Source: Utricularia gibba
Lineage: Eukaryota > Plantae > Magnoliophyta
Assembly: GCA_002189035.1 (NCBI GenBank)
Contig: CM007992.1
Location: 1,798,001 to 1,862,000 of the forward strand
DNA length: 64,000 nucleotides
Reading direction: 5' to 3'
The position numbers and the translations under genes are program-made. Every line of letters starts with the position of its first letter. Position 1 is the stretch's first letter. This document shows, one piece after another, positions 36,253 to 49,810 of this stretch. The notes below the pieces were generated by a model. That model made no database searches. It saw only the letters and a list, made by a program, of their open reading frames with translations, and was not told the origin of the DNA.

Positions 36253-38056
36253 TTCGCTGTACTTGGTTCATACAAGGTTTGTGCAATCACTATATTTAAT
36301 ATTTTCCTTTGTTCCAGTCATAACCGATATGGGATTCACCTGAGATGGTTTCGCCACCCTTCCGTAGGTAGGGCCTTGCAAGTCTGGTCGGTTATCTTAG
36401 ATACGTCACCAACACAAGACTTGATATATTATATTCTATAGGATTGGTCTGCTATTTTATGGAAAAGCCAAGGGAGATACATTGAAAGGCAATAAAGAGA
36501 ATTATTAGATATTTGAAAGGAACCAATGACTTTAGAAGTGGTATATGTAGTAGAAAATTTGAACTTGAAGGGTGTAGTTACACTAATTGGGCTAGAAATT
36601 TGGATGATCCTCAAAGTACGCGTAGATTTACATTCTTCCTTGGTGACACTACTATAGTTTGAAATTTGAAGAAGCAGCCAATTGTCACTTTATCAACATG
36701 TGAAGATGAGTGTGTTGCAACAAATGCTTGCGCTTGCCATGTTATTTGTCTAAGACACATGCTGGAGGATTTAGGATTAAATTGTGACCTGTCTACAAAG
36801 ATGTATGTTGATACAAATCTGTCATAACACTTGGAAGGAATCCAATATTTCATGTTGCAACAAGAAGGAGAAGTATATAGCTTTATTATGTTAAAAGTAA
36901 AGATCAAGTTGCAATCATTTTCACCAAGTCCCTTAAAATTGATGCTTTCATATGGCCCATGACTTTTCTTGGATTGTGGAGGCTTTCTTGTTTAAGGGCA
37001 AATATTTTAGTGCTCAAGCTAGAAGTTTGAACAGCGGTTTCTCTTGGTTGTGCTGCAGTTACGTTGAGTGTTTTTCATGAGTGTCATGCAATGGGAGATG
37101 TGTGTGTGGATTTTCGAGGTAATAATTATATTTGTCTTGGGTGTGCTGTGCTGCTATAGAGCTGGTGCAAAGTTGGATGAATATGAGTTTCAATAGGAGT
37201 TCTTTTCAGGAGATTATCCACATTGAGTTTTACTTGGTTAATTTTGGTGTCTTGTGTTTACGTTTACTGTCTCAAATCCACACTCAAAAAGTAGCATTAT
37301 CTATAAACATAGAAGAGATATCTATTAAGGTTACAAGGCCTTGCGATGGTCTTGTGAGTTCAACCTTGAGGCTTGACGAAGAGATCTTTATGCAAGCAGG
37401 GCATCGTCCAACCAGGGCCAACAGATCTTTATGACCAACCCTCGACGGGAGAACTCAATGTGTTGCGTTCAGTGTGCACTTAAAATATACAAGTCTTACA
37501 TATTATAATTTTTCAAAATATAAATTATCTATCTATATAAAATGCTTTGATGTACAATTGTCCATCACCCAACTTGATATCCAAATTTGTTTTAAAATCA
37601 GTTTATTAACTTGAATCTGATCAGCTAATTAATATTTGAAATTCCATCAATTAAAGATGATATTTTTATATTAAGACACATATTTATCAACTAAATCCGA
37701 ATTTAATTCATTTAAACTGGAAGGATCGATGCGTTATCGGTTCATTTGTGAGACCAGATCCAAAAATCATTATTTACATAATCTCCAAAAATCATTATTT
37801 ACATAAATGGATATGATACTCGTCAAAGATGTAACTTTTGACCAATTGGTATCTGTGGTGTAAAACTGGCATTCTATTAATGGGGTGCAATCATTGTTTC
37901 ATTTTTATTTAGCAAATTAGTAACTGAAATTGATTTCCGTTCAGCAAATCAAGGGGTGACTGCGGGTGCTCAGAAAATACAAAGGGGGGAGTGGGCGCAT
38001 TACAGTGCAGAGTTCCAACGTCTCATTGGGCAATTTGAATCAAAATAGCTTCCTCA

Positions 38057-40197
<2,141 letters not shown>

Positions 40198-40269
40198 GAC
40201 AATCCATCCAACTCCTTACTCTCTGCGCCTTGTTTGCTACTTTTTCACATTGCCTAGGGACCGGACACT

Positions 40270-41681
40270 TGGTTTACTAAAGGTAAAAATTGTTTTCATA
40301 CTCACCAAAATCTTCCTCTGTAAGCGTCTTATACAATGAAGAGCATCACTGAAGCCGTCTGCAAGGACTTTGCAGGGCATGGATCTATTGTGAAAGAACT
40401 GGTTTTGTTTCATGTGTTGCGCGGGTTTTGCCAGTATCAGCATGTCTGAAATTTTGACATCTAATGTATCATCTATTTTCACAAGAGATAATACCGTCCG
40501 CGCCATCGATGCCGATACACTGGCTTCCCGGTCGACCCGTGTTCAGCACCACCCATGATCTTGAGATTAGCAAATTTCTGCTGGAATTACATTTTATTCA
40601 GTGCCCCTCTGATCCACGCCTGTTTGTGCGTCATCTTTCACATTCAATATTGGTGGTACTGGTCTATGTCGATGATATCTTGATTGCAGGTTTCTCGTTG
40701 ATGGGTGTTACCCAATTGAAAAATGATTTACACAATCAGTTTACTACCAATGATCTAGGGGATGCTAAGTTCTTCTTGGAGATCGAATTAACTCGCACTG
40801 ATAATGGTATTTTTCTATCTCAGCTGCGTTACCTCGGTGCCACTCGGTGGCATGCTTTCCTCTCATGTAAGTACGTACACCCATGCCTCGTCGTTTTAAA
40901 TTCTCAGATCAGGCCATCTCTGCAGCGATCCGCATTGATGAATATAGAGCCTTGGTTGGGTGGCTTCTGTATCTGAATTTCACCCGCCCCGACATCACCT
41001 TTGTTATTCAATAGCTTTACCAATTTGTTCATTGTCCTGGGTTAGAACATTGGGTGGCACTGAGGCATCTATTAAGTTACCTTTCTAACACTATCTCGCT
41101 GAGCCTCTTTTATCCGTATGAAGCTAGATACTTCTCTTGAGGTATATTGTAATGCAGATTGGGGCATCGCTCGGTTACTGGCTATTACCTAGGAACTCCT
41201 CTGGGTTTCCTATCTTCTCAGGATCTTGGTGGAACTTTCCTCACACCTATTCCGTTGCACTGTGACAATCAGTCTGCTATCCAACGAATCCGATGTTCCA
41301 TGAGCGCATGAAGCACATAGAGATCTACTGTCATATCGTTCTAGATCAATACAAGTGTGGGTTCCTTCTTCCCCTTTATACCCCTTCTCGGCGGCTGGAT
41401 TCTTTGCCTTTCTCCACCATCCTTGGCAAGCTTGGGCTGCGTTCTCACACGCCCCTGCTTGAGGAGGGGGTAAAGACGACTGACGGTGACATGTGACTAA
41501 ACGGCCTACAGGGGTTTTCCTGCACTTCGTTTATGCTATGCGTGCTTTGCTTGTAAATACGTTGTGGAACTTCAGTTACGTTTGAGTTTTGAATTTGAAT
41601 AATTCCAGAACAATCTGTTCTCCGTTCACACGCCCTTCCTGCTCGTTCTCCCTCCGATCACACAATTTGTTTAGATCTTCA
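40270..41681 (+). mobile_element. Internally deleted copia fragment (protease-region remnant, RT, RNase H, PPT, probable 3' LTR)
   Basis: LVVLVYVDDILIAG...NDLGDAKFFLEIE (ORF 40464-40976), RPDITF, CDNQSAI, FHERMKHIEIYCH, PPT GAGGAGGGGG at about 41461-41470, LTR-like tail ending GATCTTCA at about 41681. No 5' LTR or PBS seen. Confidence 0.8.
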
Positions 41682-43133
41682 CCTACTTTGATTTTTTGGG
41701 AGGAGCAATCTCCACCTCGCTGGGTAGAGTTGTCAGCACAGCACTTCACCGTCCCTGCTTCATCCAACTGCAACCTTACATGAACCATCCTAAAGCCCAT
41801 CAAAATCCGTAGAGTAAAGCCATTTTCTAGGAAAACCAAACCCAGACTCAAACATGTAATGATGAAGATAAAAAATAAAAAATAAAAAATAAGCTGCAAA
41901 TTTGAAAAAACTTGTGCGCAACCCACGGCACTGTCGTCTCGGGCCTTATAGACGTTTACAACTTTATTTTCATTTGAGAAAATAAAGTGCAGGATCCAAG
42001 AGGGGAAATTCGAGAAATAACTATGTAATAATATTAACATTTGAGAACTACCTGTAATTTATTTTTTATATTATTTTCGTTTACAACTTTATTTGATACA
42101 TTTTTAAAATTAATAAACAACTCAAATACAAAATATTGACATTCGAATTATTATTACAATAATTGATAATATTTGTTCAAAATATTTGTAAAAACTAATC
42201 AATGCTTTATCATCACAAAAAGTTTCAGAATTTTATTTTTTTTTCTATAACATATTATAAAAAAATTTGGATACAAATAAATAAACAAGTATAATTTTCT
42301 TAAATTGAAATAAAATTCAAAATAAAAGTAAATAAAGTCGAGTGTTTTCAATTTTATTATTACAAAAAAATTGAACACAAATATTAAAAATTTTATAGTA
42401 TATAGATTTATTATTGTGTGACAAATATTTTATTTTTCATAAATCCTACAAATACATCCAAATTGTGAGATGCTACAAAAATTATATGAATTCTTCAATA
42501 ATATATTCTACATTATTTTAAATATTATGTTTTTTAAACAATTGTTATCAGATAAATTACTTTGTTTAGTTATTGTCTAAATAACTTGAAACTTTTTAAT
42601 CATTAAATTTTTAAATTTTATAGTAAAATCTAAAAATAAAAATAAAATTTATTATACTCTATTAATATAAAATTTAGGATGTAAAGTATAGGTATTTTGA
42701 AAATGTAAACTTAGATATTTTGCAAATTGACCCCTGACACAGGCACTTTGCCAATGCAGCCGAATCTAAGGACCTTCATTGCTTATACCTGTGTTACACG
42801 AAAACAGAAAAGAAAAATATGTGCGCAAAACAATCAAGAGTATTCCATAGAAGACATGCACCAGCCACGGGTGACATCATATCCAAACCATCACTCCCAA
42901 GAGTCATTGGTGGTTGGTGTACTTGGTAAGGATGCCAAATTTGGTGTCATTTGCAGCTGGCTGTCGGGAGTCAAAAGCATCTATGAGCTTGGTAGTTGGG
43001 GCATTTGCTGAAAATTTTGAAACTTCCGAGTTTAATGACTAGACTATGAGTCGGTGAGGTTCTACAAAAATTATAGAGTAATCAGTAATCACCATAGATT
43101 GGAGTACTACCATCTCTGGCATTTCAATACCAT

Positions 43134-44460
43134 TGTACTTGCTGGCTGAGTGACCGTGGCAGGAGAGGAACGAATGACTACTTGAATCAATATTTTCAGC
43201 ATAAAGATTCTAGTGACCTATCAAAGGTGGGCCTAACCCTTGTGGATGCTGTAATAAGTCTAAAAAATGATTCCATGGAACATACTCCCCTCAATCAAGA
43301 CTTGGGGTATGTTATGTTGAACTGTTTGAGACAAAGTTACTGGATGATTAACACAACGAATGAGAGGAAATGCAACCAAATTTATAAGAAATGGTTGAGA
43401 TTCTGCTAGATGGTTCTTTCTCTCTATGGTAAATGAAGAACACAAAAGAATTTTTGATTTTTTAAAAATATTCCTTATAAGAGCATCCTCAAAATACCGA
43501 GTCATGTTAGGCTAATTCCTAGGATGGCTGTTCTTCTTTCTTGTGTAGACTACATGCTACAATTTGCCAGTTCTTTTCATCTCGTTTTCGCTTGCAAGTA
43601 TTACTTTTGATTCCTCTTTCGACTTCATTCCATCACTTAGTTGCTCTTCTATCATTTCAGTCTCCAAGTTGCTATCAGTGTTGTTGACGTTAGGAACCAC
43701 TATGCTGTGGTTGGAGCCCATCGTTTGAGGAGCCATGACACTCCACTATGCTTCTGTCGATTCCCTCATTTCAGGAAAATGTTCCACTAATGTTTGTAAG
43801 TCTACTAGTGGATGCCCCTTCTAATAGACTACAACTTCTAGATGATAATACGCTCCCCTTGTCTCGATGATGGATTACCGGTTTGAGATCTAGAGCTTTG
43901 ATGTTTCCCAAAAAGATGGATCTACCCACCACATGTGCTCCTCTATATGGTTTAGATGAGAGATGTGGAAGATGAGATGGAGTTGGACCCCTAGTGACAA
44001 TTCTACCTCATTCACTAGTTCTCCAATCTTTTTCTTGATATGAAAGGGATTGAAGAATTTTGGATGTGGCTTGGAATATTATGTTGAGGTGTATGTAATT
44101 TGATCCATCCATGTCATATATTTCATAATAGATTGTTCGATGTTGTGGTTACAGTAACTAGACATTAGTTGCTAATTACTGTATAGCTGCTCCTGGGTTA
44201 ACTTCAGCACCTCATCTCTATCCCTTGCTATATTTACTTTGCTGAGCAATTCTTTCACTTGATTCTCTATCTCAACCTTTTGATTATGTGGATACTGGTA
44301 TGCCTTTCTAGTAGTTGGATTGACTCTTTATATGAGATGAATTTAGTGATCATAGAAGCATCTAGAACTAGGCGGTAGGACATCTGGTGCTTCAAATAGC
44401 TGTTCATATCTTTGAATAAGTCCAACGAATATTTGTTCTGCATAATGGTGATTTTATTGT
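43134..44460 (-). mobile_element. Internally deleted Ty3/gypsy chromovirus fragment (Reina-like) with probable LTR at about 43134-43745
   Basis: LFEAPDVLPP...DH*I...YQYPHNQKVEIENQVKELL is fused to integrase C-terminus PKFFNPFHIKKKIG...IFHISHL and chromodomain-like LEVVVY*KGHP. A TGTCATGG LTR-like start follows. LTR limits are weak. Confidence 0.7.
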
Positions 44461-44609
44461 AGGAATTAGCTTCAACTGTTTCATTGGCTATTAGTATCTT
44501 TCAAGTGTTTCTTTTGAAAATTTACAGAAATGAATGGCTAAGATTGCAAATATTTTAACTTAAAACTTGAAACCTTGAAATCATAAATCATTTTGTATAA
44601 TAGTTATAA

Positions 44610-46251
44610 GAATACCCTTTACATTTGTTTTGATAAGAACAATGTCTTCTTGGACTTTTTCAACAGCCCTTTTAAGTTTTTAAGATGCCCTTGACAACTA
44701 TTACACTATTTCTTTTCATAAAAAGAACTTTCTTGCTATTAGCAAAAAAGTTGTATAAAAACGCGAAAGTCCCCATCCTTAATTCAAATGGATGCCTAAA
44801 TTTCTCAATTTTATCAAAAATTGGTTGGATATTCTGCATGCTAAGGGGCTTCAAAGACACTTTTTTGTACAAAAAATCATCCTTAAACAACATTCCGTCA
44901 ATTTTTTTATAATAATTACCAGACGGTGGATCTCCTCTATGATGAATACGAATAGTCAGCTCCTTATATTCAACCAAACAAGTGAGTTGATCCAAATAAT
45001 CATATTCAATCATTACCTCAAAACAAGAAGTTCAAAGGAATTCACCTTCGCTCATTTTCATTAGCCTCACATGAGAAACAAATACTTTTTTGTTTGGGAC
45101 TTCCCTTCCCTCCTAAACTAAGAAATTTAATATTGAGGCAAAAAACTAAACTAAAATATCCATGTAGGGATTGAAAATTAATGGAGTAAAACCAATGTGA
45201 TAGAGAGAGCTAGTAAGTCAATCCTTGGAATTAATTTCACAATTGCTCTTTACCAAACATTGTATGATTGGGAAAAAAAGTTTTAGTAAAATGAAATAGA
45301 GATAAAATATAAGAGCACATAAGCTATTAGTTTGGCTAAATCACACTTACATGTGACCAAAAAGACAAAATATGAAAAGCGCATACATCATCTCTTTGAT
45401 GAGAACAAATGTTATTTTGCTAGGAAAATATTGCTTACTATCAACAAAAAGTATTCAGTCATGCCTCCTTAGCACTTCCTATCGACTTCTACACAAATAT
45501 ATTTCTTCAGATGATCAAGTGCAATAGCTGATCTAATTTACAATTGGGAAACCTTGTCGAGATACTTTTTCATCAAACAAACAGAAGCCTCCCTTTCAAA
45601 GCTATTTATAGTGCTCTAAATAAAGTAAATTGAGGAAGATTTCCGAGTGCTCTAGAAAATTCAAGAATAGAGTGTTTACTTGATTCAAGAGTGTCCAACA
45701 TATAGCACATTTTACAATCCATAACTTTGAATCCTGTATTGGATTCCTTGTCCTCATACTCAACACATCTCGTGGCATACCTTGTTTGTATCCTTCTTGC
45801 CATTTTTTCCACATCATTCTAATCCTTTTGTGTGAAAGCAATGACCCATGGTGCATTCCTCGAACACCCTCTCTAGGTATATCAGTCCCAGTGTTAATAA
45901 AATCTACAATACTTTGTAAGTCCCACTCAACCATTCAACTTTAAAGCAATAGTCTAGAAAGTATGAACTTTTGAATGAAGTTGAACATAAATAACATTCT
46001 AAAATCCGAAATTAGTAACAAAAATTGGAAAGACATCGAACCATCTTCGACTTCTTCTTCCTATTCTTCATCGCTATCAACCAACCCCTTGACATCGATG
46101 CATGATCTATGAAGTTGGACATGCGCTTCTTGTGCTTCGGCTCACCTCCATCATCAGACTCATCAGCTTCATCTTCTTCCTCGTTGATGGCATCAGATTC
46201 CTCCGTCAAATCCACAAGGTCATTATCATAGGCTTCTCCTATGTGCCCCAT
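44610..46251 (-). pseudogene. SPT5: Truncated, intron-retaining pseudogene of transcription elongation factor SPT5 (acidic N-terminus, NGN, KOW1 region)
   Basis: Successive exon remnants: KKRMSNFID, MARRIQTRYA..EYED, DSKLWIVKCAI, EREASVCLMKK...IRSAIALDHLKKYICVE, FVLIKEM, TCKCDLAK, VKLIPRIDL, EGREVPNKKVF, IDGMLFKDDFLYKKVSLK...QNIQPIFDKIEKF, FANSKK..FMKRNSVIVVKG. These match canonical plant SPT5 rather than KTF1/SPT5L. Stops and frameshifts are present. Confidence 0.9.
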
Positions 46252-46831
46252 TTTTCACCAACATCAATTTCCCAGAAATCAAACGGTAGAAGACTAAAAA
46301 ATGGTCCTTAATCATAGATAGTCAAAATGTTGATGTTGCTTTTAATTTATGGTATAGCATCACGTGGCAACAGTTTTGTAGCAGGTGATAGAATGCTCTC
46401 CCTCCACAACTGCACTCCAATGGCTAAACGAAGATGAGACGAGAATGAGCACTGCGAAACCCCTTCGAGAGCAACCACAAGTCCGGTATATTGCTTCCTA
46501 AGGATGATTTTACTTTGCGCTGATGTGGTATGCTAGTAGCACATCTCAATTTGGTTTTGCAAAAGTTTTCTTGTCAGATGATGGCATTGCATCATTCCCC
46601 TGCCTCGCCTGTGTCTTGTTTTGAATACCGCTCAACTATGTACAAACATGTTCATAACACAACTGTTCGAAGCATACCTTGAAATTCTAGCCTATGGTTT
46701 GCTATCATACAAAGATGCGAGTAAGTAATATTCAAGTATCATTTAACTCTGGTGCTATTATACCTGAACAAGCTGGCTGAATAGGCACACGAGCATGAAA
46801 CTTGCCACAGGAGTTTGGAAATAGCTACCTG

Positions 46832-48547
46832 TTAGAGATGTGATGCTCCCCAAGCGGAGGCAACTACGAGGAACTTGTCTTCCCATCCAAAATGGAGGGC
46901 ACCCATCTCATCCTTCATTTTGTATCGACTGGAGTAGTGTTGAATGAGTTCGCTGATCTCGCTTTTCACTTTTGAGCCAATGGGAAAGGAGGCAAAACCA
47001 GCCATGATCATCCGTGCTCTCCATTTTCCTGCAACTTCGTATCGTTCCAATCTCTCCTCTCCCTCGCAAGCAATGATGTTTATGATATCACGAGCTAAAC
47101 AATGTTTCTCCACATTCATCCGATCCTGACTATCCCTTGGGAGAGCTGCATCAAGAGATTCAAAAACAGCTGAGTAGTAGCTGTAAGCCTCACTGAATCT
47201 AGATAAGAATGGAGCAGTGTTAGTGTTGACATCCTGTTCAACAACAGTCACAAGCTTTGGTTTAAGGCTTTTGACCATTCGGAGAAGGCGATCCCTCAGG
47301 TTCACCGTAGACACACTCTCATCAGGCATGTGGTGTAGCTGAAAAGCAAAGTTCACCACCAGGGCTTCGTCAGGACGGCAATCAAGCATTGATGGAGAAA
47401 CCAATGCAGTCTCAGCAGCCACAGCATGGAACTCAAATGAGAGCTGCAGATCTTCGGCAAGTTGCTGCAGACGCTGTCCTATGACTCTCAGTCCTCCCAC
47501 AGCTCTCTGAACTGACTCTGGATCATCAACACCAGTCAACCTCACCTGGGGACGGGTTCCATGAATTTTCGCCAATGATTTCAGCAATGTGTAGTATTGA
47601 CTTCCTTGGTTAATGTCGAAATCCACTATATGGAGCTTATTTTGGTCTCGGCATGCCTCCAAAATCGCACTATTTGCTGTCATGAAACCAAACCTAAAGC
47701 ATGGACAAACCTCAAAGAGGACTTGCATTGCAGAGAGTCGATCAGATGTGGGCTGCGGTTTGCATTTTAATGCTTTGTACAGTCCTTTTCCTGATTGTGC
47801 AATTCGGGCAGCTAGAGCTTCAACCATGTAGGCTGCAATCCTTTCACAAGGATCTCCCTGTATTGATACTCTTTCTCGCAGCGCATGTATCATCTCTGTT
47901 GCTTTGTCCAAAGCACCATAGTGAACCAAAGCAGCACATTCAAACAGCAAACTCTTGGGGCTTGAAGGTGTTGTTGATACTCTTTCCGCGGTGCTGGTGC
48001 TCAGAACAGAGCTGGAGCCCGAAGATGAAGATTCCTTTGGTGAATCATGAAGCAGTGCACCACTAGTCGTAACAGCCCATTCATTATCAACTTCCACACC
48101 ATTGTAGAAGTTTGTCATATCATTATCATTATCATCAAGAAGTGCCTTCTCAAGTTCTTGTAGCTTTAACCTCATCCCACCCTCATTGTATTCCATAACA
48201 TCTGGATTCTGGGTGTTGAAACATGCAGATTCAATATCAAACCTAAAACCATAATTCTCTGAGGAAACAAATGAGGAGTTTTTCCTGGCCATGGAGAATG
48301 AAGAAGGAGAATCCGTCCCATGCAATACATTTTCAGGCAAGCTTGATCCATTTTGATACACAGGTTCATCTGACGCTGAACCAAAGAAAGGTGTATACCC
48401 ATGATCATCACCGCAGTAAGACTCACATGTGTAAACAACTCCATGAATCTCTGGGTTCAACGAGGAGTTTGGGTATCCTGAGTCATTATTGCCGTTTTTT
48501 GTGACATCAGGAGTTCCAGACACGGCAGCAAACCTAGCTAATGACAT
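46832..48547 (-). CDS. SCL1: GRAS transcription factor, PAT1 branch, SCARECROW-LIKE 1-like, 571 aa, no intron in CDS
   Basis: First ATG at 48547 (MSLARF). KLQELEKALL, VSIQGDPCERIAAYMVEALAAR, MQVLFEVCPCF, LHIVDFDINQGSQY (VHIID motif), VVNFAFQLHHMPDESV, VEQDVNTNTAPF, VVASAW. Closely follows Arabidopsis SCL1. Confidence 0.96.
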   Translation of the reverse strand: MSLARFAAVSGTPDVTKNGNNDSGYPNSSLNPEIHGVVYTCESYCGDDHGYTPFFGSASDEPVYQNGSSLPENVLHGTDSPSSFSMARKNSSFVSSENYGFRFDIESACFNTQNPDVMEYNEGGMRLKLQELEKALLDDNDNDMTNFYNGVEVDNEWAVTTSGALLHDSPKESSSSGSSSVLSTSTAERVSTTPSSPKSLLFECAALVHYGALDKATEMIHALRERVSIQGDPCERIAAYMVEALAARIAQSGKGLYKALKCKPQPTSDRLSAMQVLFEVCPCFRFGFMTANSAILEACRDQNKLHIVDFDINQGSQYYTLLKSLAKIHGTRPQVRLTGVDDPESVQRAVGGLRVIGQRLQQLAEDLQLSFEFHAVAAETALVSPSMLDCRPDEALVVNFAFQLHHMPDESVSTVNLRDRLLRMVKSLKPKLVTVVEQDVNTNTAPFLSRFSEAYSYYSAVFESLDAALPRDSQDRMNVEKHCLARDIINIIACEGEERLERYEVAGKWRARMIMAGFASFPIGSKVKSEISELIQHYSSRYKMKDEMGALHFGWEDKFLVVASAWGASHL

Positions 48548-49810
48548 TGAAATTCTCAATCAACACAAAATGAACGCAGGTGACTAGATCTGGTTCCCAA
48601 CGAATCACAGTTCTGAAGATCCCGGAGGTGCTAACCAGCTATTCCCTTTCCTGCAGAAATTGGTATTCATTACTCAATTTATTAAAGACAGGCAATATCT
48701 AGTCAGTTGAGTCATATACAGCGAGAGATCATGGCTAAAACTTGGAAAATCCAAAAAATGACAATTAGTTACAAAGGATCATGCGATATCTCTTCTTATC
48801 AATTAACAGACCAACAATTCACGCAGCGAAAAAAATCAGCATTTTCCTAACATCTTATCCTGATTTCGTTGGGTTCTTTCTTTACATGGATGAAAAACTA
48901 CAACAGGAAAAATGATGAGCCTATGGGGTTGGAATATATAGATAAGCATCTTCCAAATAAGAACATTAAAACATGATCCGACATTCAGTCCACTTTTCCT
49001 GATAAACTGGAATCAATCAATGTAGCGAATGCCAAAATTTCGAAAATTCTCCCAGGTTGTGTCAATGTTTTTTTCCTTTTACAAATGGGACTATACTTTA
49101 TAACAAATATTAGCTAAAAAAGATTAAGGAGATAAATATATGGCTGCCGAAGCAACAGAAAAGGTGAACACGTGAATATAAATAACCCCAACCCAAATTT
49201 CACACCGAACCATAAATGATCAGGACCCAGTACACCAAACAAGAGGCTGTTCGAATAATAAAAAACCAAAATGAAGGATAGCTGAAAAAATCATATACAT
49301 GGAACAGAAGCCACCAGTTCAATTTCCACGAATCGACTCTTACTGCCTCATGAAATTCAATTCCACATGCTCTCAATCGTGGCCGACTGTCTAGCTAACA
49401 CTGACATACAGAGAAATCTAGATAACCAGCTTAACAGACAACCAACCCTAATTCACAACCATTAAATGAGAATCCAGATGAAAAAATCCTTGACCTCGAG
49501 TGATGGATGCGAAGTAATTACCATTAACTATCATAATAATAAGAAAAAAAAATTGAATGCCTTCGAATCAAAACAGCAAAGATGGGATTTGTTCAGACTT
49601 CAGTGAGAGGAATCTGTGGACGGAAAAAAGCTTGTTGTGTTACTTCAGTCTATAGTACCTCGATCAGCCAATCCGTTGCTCCCCGTAGCTTAATTTAACC
49701 TCATGTTTCATGAATTTCCCCGAACTCTCTCTCCACCGACGGCGAATCCTCGATCTAACGCCCCTTTTTTGCTCCAGGAAATCCCTTCATCAGGTAAACG
49801 CGGTGAATTT
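48548..49810 (-). promoter_or_regulatory. Predicted SCL1 5' leader with a leader intron (acceptor at 48651, candidate donors at about 49521 or 49657) and proximal promoter
   Basis: TTTCTGCAG acceptor about 100 bp upstream of the ATG. Donor-like sites ATG/GTAATT and GAG/GTACTA. GA-rich leader-like tract near 49725-49740. CGCGTT (CAMTA/RSRE-type) on the minus strand at 49797-49802. Inferred without transcript data. Confidence 0.45.

Larger units (their letters stand above)
33542..36380 (-). mobile_element. Cassandra-like (5S rRNA-bearing TRIM) solo LTR, about 290 bp, split by an insertion (33542-33705 plus about 36253-36380)
   Basis: TG...CA termini. TSD AGTCT (33537-33541, 36381-36385). 33625-33700 aligns with the reverse complement of the plant 5S rRNA internal region, including C-box-like GATCACCCTTC and A-box-like GCATGCTTGAAT. 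Removal restores the host RT frame. Confidence 0.8.
29946..37281 (+). mobile_element. Degenerate Ty1/copia (Ivana/Oryco-like), host of a three-level nest
   Basis: PBS TGGTATCAGAGC 30163-30174. gag MSNNG...NFDN*KIRMEAMFG. Integrase ORF 31793-32404 (SQQNGIVERKNR, PKEFWGEA). RT split at FKSL-VGYLRYVTNTRLDI. RNase H to about 36950. PPT-like GTTTAAGGG at about 36990. The putative LTRs do not resemble each other, so outer limits are uncertain. Confidence 0.8.

Noticed and set aside
37330-37480. GC-richer segment upstream of SCPL as a gene fragment
   Set aside because: No frame gives a recognisable protein; probably an unclassified repeat remnant.
41576-42040. 154-aa minus-strand ORF
   Set aside because: Non-ATG start, low-complexity F/L/I content, overlaps a copia LTR-like tail, no domain recognised.
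43118-43134. PBS-like TGGTATTGAAA after the Reina-like LTR, implying a tandem three-LTR element
   Set aside because: Only 6-7 bases match the iMet PBS and no gag follows; insufficient support.
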